Positions 8,660 through 15,130 of a DNA stretch of 15,768 nucleotides are shown one piece after another. The notes beneath the pieces are model-generated. The model was not told the DNA's origin and searched no databases. It saw nothing but the letters and a program-made list of their open reading frames with translations. Each line of letters begins with the position of its first letter. The stretch's first letter is position 1. Both the position numbers and the translations under genes were made by a program. This stretch comes from Promethearchaeia archaeon (lineage in GTDB: Archaea; Asgardarchaeota; Lokiarchaeia; Sigyniarchaeales; SOKP01), in NCBI GenBank assembly GCA_029856155.1, contig JAHQWL010000091.1, positions 1 to 15,768 on the forward strand. Reading direction: 5' to 3'.

Positions 8660-9424
8660 TCAGGTCAATTCCTCAATTGTTTTTTTATCTTTTGAAAAGA
8701 GAAATTTTAGAAATTTTCCTACATTCTTTAAACGTGGGATAATAGCACCAGTTTCTTTAATGTAACGTCTATGTGTTTCTCCAAATCGTTTTATCAACTC
8801 CTTATCTTCACACATCATTGCAACAATAAAGGGGATAAAAGCAATAAATGCAATAATAAAAGCAAATAGCGTGTTTTTTAAAAAAGCAAAACCTATAGCA
8901 AGGCATAAATCTCCAGCATACATAGGATGTCGAATAAATGAATATATATCGGACCTAATTCGCTCTCCCTCTTCCGGAAATAGCATATATACTCCAAGAC
9001 CATGTCCGATCTCATTGAAGCCAGAATTGCGAAGATGCCATTCGAACAAAAAGCGCATAAAAATAAAAAAGATTCCACATAATATTGCTACCCATAGAGG
9101 AAACAAAGCTGGTCCCTCTACTATAAGAACGTGAAAAATACCGGCATTTCCAGTTATTAGCATTAATATAACAATATGGAAAAAGAAATATCGGTATGCT
9201 AGTTCTCCATATCTATTTTTGTATTTATCTGCCATAGTTGTAAAGCTATATATAAAAATCGAGGCGATAAATGCAATAATTGACTGACTGATGAAAATCC
9301 CATACCAAAGCAATCTATCAAACCACCAATAAAAGATCATAATACCTAGAAAAATAAGAATCCCGATGATAATAATAAGTATCGTTCTTATTCGACTCCT
9401 AAATTCTGGAATCTTCTCCTTCAA
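8660..9424 (-). CDS. Isoprenylcysteine carboxyl methyltransferase / PEMT-family integral membrane methyltransferase
   Basis: Multiple TM segments followed by IYSFIRHPMYAG and EDKELIKRFG..HRRY..ETGAIIP. The 5' end is uncertain (see frameshift finding). Confidence 0.85.
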   Translation of the reverse strand: MKEKIPEFRSRIRTILIIIIGILIFLGIMIFYWWFDRLLWYGIFISQSIIAFIASIFIYSFTTMADKYKNRYGELAYRYFFFHIVILMLITGNAGIFHVLIVEGPALFPLWVAILCGIFFIFMRFLFEWHLRNSGFNEIGHGLGVYMLFPEEGERIRSDIYSFIRHPMYAGDLCLAIGFAFLKNTLFAFIIAFIAFIPFIVAMMCEDKELIKRFGETHRRYIKETGAIIPRLKNVGKFLKFLFSKDKKTIEELT

Positions 9425-9548
9425 TAAATTAAAACTTTTTTCTGCTCTATTTTTTTCCCCTCCATATTAATTCTCTTCTTTATTATTAATCTAATTATAT
9501 TCTAGGATTATTACAAAATAAAACATATGTAATTTTTTTTTATGAGTA

Positions 9549-9638
9549 AATCTGGCTTATAGAATAGATATAAAATCTCTTTAAAATTCAGCTAAAGTAA
9601 GGTTTGAATCAAATATAACTATTCTTGAAAGAGGATTT
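9549..9638 (+). pseudogene. Decayed copy of the 3' end of the GNAT gene (8548-8637)
   Basis: Gapless hand alignment at offset 1001: 60/90 nt identical, 36/48 in the 3' half. NLAYRIDIKSL*NSAKVRFESNITILERGF vs NLPYEADKKLLNVFARVGFQPIITVLEKRF, with an internal stop. Confidence 0.7.
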
Positions 9639-9654
9639 AATACATTCAATAACG

Positions 9655-10014
9655 TTATTGATTGAAAAACTCTTTTACAGCTAATTCAGACCATTCGTCT
9701 TTAATTGTTAATTTAATGTCCCTGTTTTCTTTAGGTTTTTTATTAGGAATATTGGATTTTTGACTTTTAACAGGATAAATATCCTGCATTCTCTTCTTTG
9801 GACCACCTATAGCACCTTTACTAAAAAGAACACACTTTCCAGTATTATCTCTTATCCATCCCTCTTTAAAGAAGCCTAAGTGTTTTCCCTCGTAATTATA
9901 AACAGATATCTCATAGATATATGCAATGTTTTCACCAGTAAAATAAAAAATATGTTTATTATCATCAGTATATGCCATTGGAGTTCCAATTTTATCATAA
10001 AATATAAGTGACAT
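9655..10014 (-). CDS. 4-fold beta-flower-like protein
   Basis: Four short repeats (FYDKIGTPMAY / FYFTGENIAY / YNYEGKHLGF / IRDNTGKCVLF), then GAIGGP, a Lys/Pro-rich linker and a terminal WS..helix. This matches my recollection of the 4-fold beta-flower family. Confidence 0.7.
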   Translation of the reverse strand: MSLIFYDKIGTPMAYTDDNKHIFYFTGENIAYIYEISVYNYEGKHLGFFKEGWIRDNTGKCVLFSKGAIGGPKKRMQDIYPVKSQKSNIPNKKPKENRDIKLTIKDEWSELAVKEFFNQ

Positions 10015-10184
10015 ACTTCTTTTTGATATTTTGTGGTTTTGAATTTAATTTCTATATCTTTCTAGATATGAATATTTATAAAAAAATAAGAATTTACTGT
10101 TTTCTAACACCCAACTTTTCGACTTAAACTAAATTAGAAGTACATTTGGTAGTATAGGTAAAAGTGCAAAATTGAGAGCAAATG

Positions 10185-10202
10185 AGTAATATTTATATTA
10201 CT
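10185..10202. promoter_or_regulatory. Palindrome overlapping a TATA-like box upstream of the protease gene
   Basis: AGTAATAT-tt-ATATTACT (8-bp arms) contains TTTATATT. Confidence 0.35.
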
Positions 10203-10286
10203 AAATCGTATATTTAACCTTAAGCTTTTTTTTTAAAAGTAAAATTTAACAAAAAAGTAAAAAGAATATAAAAATTGGAGACAACA

Positions 10287-13200
10287 ATGAAATTTAATAA
10301 GAATAAAGTAATTATTTTTGGAATTTTAGGATTAATCTTAGGTTTCTCCTCTTCAATGGTATTTTTTAGCAATAGTTATGGTATACCTACTAAAACACCT
10401 CAGATTAAGACTGTTCCGGATTTATCTATTATGAATAACAATATAGATTTCGAGGAAGAATTATTAGAACCTATTGAAAATATAGATGATATTGAATGGT
10501 TACCTATTGAACAATCATTAGACTTTTCAACACAAAATACTGAAACCGAGATAAATAACCTCGAAACTGTAGGTTATAACCTACTATCTGGAGTGGAAAA
10601 TATAGAATCTCTTGAAAATTCACTAAATGACTATCCTTCAATCGTAGAGGAATACAGAGGTCTTTTAAACTCCCCTACGCCTGAGGATGTTATAGGTGGT
10701 GATGATCGTACATATATTCCTAATACAGAATCTTTTCCATGGAATACGATTTGTAAATTATACATTACTGCCCCTGATGCTTCCCATTGGCTTGGAACTG
10801 GCTTTATTGTTGATGGTTTTCATGTTTTAACAGCGGGTCATTGTGCCTATATTCATGGTCACGGTGGATGGGCAACTGAAATTGAAGTAGTTCCTGGCAA
10901 AGATGGTAGTTGGGATCCATTTGGACATGCATATATGACATATATGCGTTCTTATACTGGGTGGACCTCATCACAGATGCCAGAACACGATTGGGCTATG
11001 CTTACACTTGATCGTAATGTTGGATCCTATACAGGATGGATGGGAAGGATGACAGCGGCTTCATCTGATACACTTTATACTGATGGAGTGAATAGTGCGG
11101 GTTATCCAGCCGATCTAGATGGTGGAGAGAATATGTATTTTGACTTTGATTATGGAGATGGTGCTACAGAATATAACCATTATTATTTTATAGATACTGC
11201 TGGAGGACAGAGTGGAATGCCTATCTGGAAATATACTGGGGGGAATCGTTATGTACTTACAATTCATGCCTATGGTAGGGGCGGTACACTCTCGAATTAC
11301 GGTACGAGATTTAATACTGATAAATACAATAGGATTTTTGACTGGTTAGCAGCAGATACATCACCTACCAATAAACCCGATATGAAAGATAGAGGCTCAA
11401 CTTATTCAGGTTATAATACAGGAACAGTAACCAGAGGACAAACCAGTTTTAGTGTATGGAGTGATATAAGAAATGTAGGAACCGCCTATACAGGAGGCTT
11501 CTATGTTTATTATTATGCTTCTACTAATACTGTTATATCCACAGCTGATTATTTAATCGGAGTTGATTATGTGTCATCAATTGCTCCTTTTAGTTATGGA
11601 GATTCATTATGGTCCGGCACTTTTCCATCTAGCATTCCTGCTGGGAATTATTATGTCGGATGGATTATCGACAGATATGATTATGTCGATGAATTTGATG
11701 AGAGTGATAATATAGCATATATATCAACGCAAATTACTGTGAACGATCCTCCTATCCCACCTCCCACAGGGTATATTGAAGTAACGGTTGAAGATAGTAT
11801 AACCGCCAACCCCATTCAATATGCTCTCGTAACATGTAGAAATGCAACTGATGATATTGTTGCTTCTGGGTCTACAGATAGTAGCGGTTTTTATAATATA
11901 ACAGGATTGGGTGTAGGATGGTATGATGTTTATGTATCAAAAGTAGGATATTATCCCAAAATGCTCACGGATTATATTGATTGGGATTGGGATGACGATT
12001 ATCTTTATTTTGGTATGGATCCTTTGCCACCCGATAGTGGTTATATTGAAGTGAGGGTATTTGATAGCGTTACAACTAATCCTATTGAAAATGCGTATGT
12101 AAGATGTTATAACATGTCAAATGGAGAATTATTCAATGAAGGCTTTACTGATAGCTCTGGGTTCTATAATGTGACAGGTTTATATATTGGATGGTGGACT
12201 GTAAATGTTACTTATCCTGGATTCTATGAAAAATCTTACAATGATTATATTAACTGGAACGGAGATGATGATTACTTATACATCTATCTTGATTCAAAAT
12301 ACATCCCAATTTTAGGTCCCGTTGCAATGTTTCAAGATAGGTATCCATGGAATAATAATGATACAGAGCCTATATTAGTCAAATATAATATCACATATGA
12401 TATGTATGACTCTTTAGATTTTGGTGCAGTAGATCTTACACCTTATGATAAAGTGATAATTTCTTCCGACCAAACCCAAGCATTCTACGATAGACTTGCT
12501 GGAAATGTTACCTGGTTTGAAGATTATGCTTTTAATGGTGGAATTTTACAATTCTCTGCTTGTGATAGCGGATGGGGTGGGGGAGTATGGGATAATTCCT
12601 ATCTATTACCTGGAAGTATTAATAAGACACAATCCTATCTTAACAATGTTTCAATTAATATACCCTACCATCCTGTGTTGCTCAATCCATATCTAGTCGA
12701 AGATGATGGTCTCGATGATTGGGGTTGGTCCGCGCATGGATATTTCCAATCCTATCCTGATCATGCGAAAGAAATTTTATTTGATGTTGCAAGCTCATAT
12801 CCAGTATTACTTGAATTAGAACATGGCAGCGGTTATATAATAGCTTATACTCAAACTCTTGAATGGAATGCAAATTTCAACTACACAAAATTACTTGAAA
12901 ACTTAGTGATGTATAGTCCAACTAGTTACGATTACTCAAATAATATTATCACACCCGATACTGATTCTCTATGGGAGGTTTATGGCTCTTACCATATAAC
13001 TTGGGATCCAACACCTAATATTAATAATGTCAAAATTGAACTCTATCGAGGAGGAATATTCGTATCAGAACTTGTCGAAAATACTCCTAATGATGGCGAT
13101 TTCTTATGGGTACTACCCGAAGGATTGACAGATTCTACATTATATCAAATAAAACTAGTTGATATGGATTATTTCGATAATGTTGATACAAGTGACTATT

Positions 13201-13595
13201 TTGAAATCTTCACTCCTTCAATTACTGTTGTTAAACCAGAAAGCTCAAGTAGTTGGATAATAGGACGTTCATATGATATTAACTGGACATCAATTGGAAC
13301 AATACCAAACGTGAAAATAGAATTATACGACGGGAGCGATTATATAATGGATGTAAGTGCTAGTGAGACTAATGATGGTTTATTTAGTTGGTCACTTCCA
13401 ACGGAACTAAATGCTTCAGATCAATATCGAATAAAGATTATAGACGTTTTACATCCTAATGTTTTCGATTATAGTGACTATTTTGAAATTTTAGCACCTT
13501 CTCGAGGCGGAATCCCTGGGTATAATCCGTTTGTCTTAGTAGGATTAGTATCTCTAGTTGCTCTAGTAATAATTAAAAGGAAATTTAAAAAATAA
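10287..13595 (+). CDS. Secreted, membrane-anchored multidomain trypsin-like (V8/glutamyl endopeptidase-like) serine protease with Loki-CTERM-type sorting signal
   Basis: Signal peptide MKFNKNKVIIFGILGLILG (ATG 10287 preferred over TTG 10275) and an acidic propeptide, then VIGGDDR and the triad TAGHC / HDWA / DTAGGQSG. These are followed by a CARDB-like domain, two CarboxypepD_reg-like repeats, an alpha/beta (GATase-like) domain, two Ig-like repeats and GGIPGY-TM-KRKFKK. Confidence 0.9.
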   Translation: MKFNKNKVIIFGILGLILGFSSSMVFFSNSYGIPTKTPQIKTVPDLSIMNNNIDFEEELLEPIENIDDIEWLPIEQSLDFSTQNTETEINNLETVGYNLLSGVENIESLENSLNDYPSIVEEYRGLLNSPTPEDVIGGDDRTYIPNTESFPWNTICKLYITAPDASHWLGTGFIVDGFHVLTAGHCAYIHGHGGWATEIEVVPGKDGSWDPFGHAYMTYMRSYTGWTSSQMPEHDWAMLTLDRNVGSYTGWMGRMTAASSDTLYTDGVNSAGYPADLDGGENMYFDFDYGDGATEYNHYYFIDTAGGQSGMPIWKYTGGNRYVLTIHAYGRGGTLSNYGTRFNTDKYNRIFDWLAADTSPTNKPDMKDRGSTYSGYNTGTVTRGQTSFSVWSDIRNVGTAYTGGFYVYYYASTNTVISTADYLIGVDYVSSIAPFSYGDSLWSGTFPSSIPAGNYYVGWIIDRYDYVDEFDESDNIAYISTQITVNDPPIPPPTGYIEVTVEDSITANPIQYALVTCRNATDDIVASGSTDSSGFYNITGLGVGWYDVYVSKVGYYPKMLTDYIDWDWDDDYLYFGMDPLPPDSGYIEVRVFDSVTTNPIENAYVRCYNMSNGELFNEGFTDSSGFYNVTGLYIGWWTVNVTYPGFYEKSYNDYINWNGDDDYLYIYLDSKYIPILGPVAMFQDRYPWNNNDTEPILVKYNITYDMYDSLDFGAVDLTPYDKVIISSDQTQAFYDRLAGNVTWFEDYAFNGGILQFSACDSGWGGGVWDNSYLLPGSINKTQSYLNNVSINIPYHPVLLNPYLVEDDGLDDWGWSAHGYFQSYPDHAKEILFDVASSYPVLLELEHGSGYIIAYTQTLEWNANFNYTKLLENLVMYSPTSYDYSNNIITPDTDSLWEVYGSYHITWDPTPNINNVKIELYRGGIFVSELVENTPNDGDFLWVLPEGLTDSTLYQIKLVDMDYFDNVDTSDYFEIFTPSITVVKPESSSSWIIGRSYDINWTSIGTIPNVKIELYDGSDYIMDVSASETNDGLFSWSLPTELNASDQYRIKIIDVLHPNVFDYSDYFEILAPSRGGIPGYNPFVLVGLVSLVALVIIKRKFKK
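11769..12290 (+). repeat. Two tandem 90-aa carboxypeptidase-regulatory-like domains
   Basis: GYIEVTVEDSITANPI..TDSSGFYNITGL..DYIDWDWDDDYLYF aligns with GYIEVRVFDSVTTNPI..TDSSGFYNVTGL..DYINWNGDDDYLYI, with a period of 270 nt. Confidence 0.9.
12942..13490 (+). repeat. Two tandem Ig-like domains (Ser/Thr-rich GPI-anchored / Kre9-N-like)
   Basis: Repeated SYxIxW..NVKIELY..NDGxFxWxLP..YxIK..SDYFEI. Confidence 0.85.
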
Positions 13596-13608
13596 TATAA
13601 TAAATCTA

Positions 13609-13619
13609 TTTTTTTTTTT
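13609..13619 (+). terminator. Oligo-T terminator after the protease gene
   Basis: T11 lies 13 nt after the stop codon. Confidence 0.6.
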
Positions 13620-13762
13620 AAAATTTTTATGCCATTCTAATTCAATTGAGAAAATTCAAGCTAAAAGTATTTTAATTTTAAATGAAAATAAACTGAAAGA
13701 TAACTATATTAAAAAAAATTTGATGGGTTTTAATTCTTTTTTTTCCTATAATAGCTCATATT

Positions 13763-14953
13763 ATGGACTTTACTCTAGATCTTTTTGATAAATATCTTGA
13801 TCGAACTCAAACTTGGTCTATTAAATGGGACCCTGATTATATGATCGAACGATTTAATAAGGCTGATCTTCTCCCGTTTAACCATGCAGAAATGGATTTT
13901 GAATGTCCCCAACCCATTATTGATATTGTGCAACAACGAAGTACCCATGGGATATATGGATATACATTAGTTAAACCCGATTATTATAATTCAGTTATTC
14001 AATGGTATCAACAGAGGCATAATATCAAGTTTTTGCATGAAGAAATTCTCTATTCTACGGGTGTTATATTTAGTTTACGGAATATTATCCAATTTTTTAC
14101 GAATCTAGGGGATGGAATCTTAATCTTTCCACCGATCTACAAACCTTTAGCTGAAGCAGCAACAGATCAAGCTCGAAAACTTATTATGGTTCCTCTTCGC
14201 CTTAGAGAGGGAACCTATCATATGGATTTCGATCAGATTGAACAAGCATTTAAAACTCATTCCATCAAGCTCGTTATCTTATGCAATCCTCATAACCCAG
14301 TGGGGCGCGTCTGGACCCACAAAGAATTGCAACATCTAGGGGATTTATGTTTGAATTATAATGCAATGATTGTATCCGATGAGATTCATTGTGATTTAGT
14401 CTCGCAAGGGCATCACTATACCTCAATTGCGGCAATTTCACCTGAATTAGGGTTAAAAACAATTATGCTTAGCTCAATGACTAAAACGTTTAATACGTCT
14501 GGCTTAAAAATCTCTAATATTTTTATTAAAAATCCCGAGATACGGACACCTTTTTTCAACTTTTTTGATAAAAAATTTATTTATGCTCCTAATATATTTG
14601 GAATTCTCGGAATGCAAGTTGCTTATAATCAATGTGGCCCTTGGGTGGATTTATTAAATCAATACTTGGATGATAATTTTCAATTTGCCCAAGATTATCT
14701 AAGAGAACATGAGATGAATATTGATTTAATACTACGTGAAGGCACTCCGCTTATTTGGCTCGATTTTCGGAAAATTCCGCTGGCTCCAAATCAAGTATTT
14801 CAGTATCTTATTAAAAATGCTCATATTATTCCTTATGATGGGCGGGATTTTTTAGCAAATGGAGAAGGATTTCAGCGTTTAAGTATTGGATATCCGCGTA
14901 AAATATTAAAAGAAGGACTCAATCGGATAAACAATGCGATCCAGCAACTCTAA
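13763..14953 (+). CDS. MalY/PatB family PLP-dependent C-S lyase (cystathionine beta-lyase-like)
   Basis: R..T.SIKWD, AEMDF, HGIYGY, LCNPHNPVGRVWT, VSDEIHCDL, SMTKTFN (PLP lysine) and GEGFQRL. Confidence 0.92.
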   Translation: MDFTLDLFDKYLDRTQTWSIKWDPDYMIERFNKADLLPFNHAEMDFECPQPIIDIVQQRSTHGIYGYTLVKPDYYNSVIQWYQQRHNIKFLHEEILYSTGVIFSLRNIIQFFTNLGDGILIFPPIYKPLAEAATDQARKLIMVPLRLREGTYHMDFDQIEQAFKTHSIKLVILCNPHNPVGRVWTHKELQHLGDLCLNYNAMIVSDEIHCDLVSQGHHYTSIAAISPELGLKTIMLSSMTKTFNTSGLKISNIFIKNPEIRTPFFNFFDKKFIYAPNIFGILGMQVAYNQCGPWVDLLNQYLDDNFQFAQDYLREHEMNIDLILREGTPLIWLDFRKIPLAPNQVFQYLIKNAHIIPYDGRDFLANGEGFQRLSIGYPRKILKEGLNRINNAIQQL

Positions 14954-14961
14954 ATGATAAA

Positions 14962-15087
14962 GCAACTTTAGAAATTTTAAAAATATTAAATAAACTATTT
15001 GATATAAGTTTTGATGAAAAACAATGGAGAAACTCGTTTAGATTACGGCAATTTAAACCAAATTTTAAACGAATAACTTTATTATAA
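14962..15087 (+). pseudogene. Decayed copy of an internal 5' segment of the GNAT gene (8230-8349)
   Basis: Gapless hand alignment over 14962-15081: 92/120 nt and 29/40 aa identical. ATLEILKILNKLFDISFDEKQWRNSFRLRQFKPNFKRITL vs ATLEILKELHKLYDIGLREEQWRESSGLRQFKPNLKRITL. A stop follows at 15085-15087, and there is no in-frame start codon directly in front of the aligned segment. Confidence 0.92.
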
Positions 15088-15130
15088 AATTAAATAGCAT
15101 TTTGATATATTAAACAATGATTTTAGATTT

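Noticed and set aside
8871-9134. 87-aa (+) and 61-aa (-) ORFs inside the methyltransferase gene
   Set aside because: Fully overlapped alternative frames with no independent evidence.
9571-9640. Imperfect inverted repeat (taaaatctcttt ... aaagaggatttaa) as MITE or attC-like ends
   Set aside because: Short, AT-rich and imperfect, with no target-site duplication seen; the region is better explained as the GNAT 3' remnant.
10150-10186. Possible further GNAT fragment (taggtaaaa shared with ~8480)
   Set aside because: Only about 9 nt of exact match, and the flanks do not align convincingly.
12496-12873. 66-aa (+) and 63-aa (-) ORFs inside the protease gene
   Set aside because: Alternative-frame or antisense ORFs within a clear multidomain CDS.
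14274-14462. 62-aa minus-strand ORF
   Set aside because: Antisense to the conserved core of MalY/PatB.
8230-15081. GNAT and its partial copies as a diversity-generating retroelement TR/VR pair
   Set aside because: Mismatches are not confined to adenines in either copy (many C/T and G/T differences), and no reverse transcriptase is present in the window.
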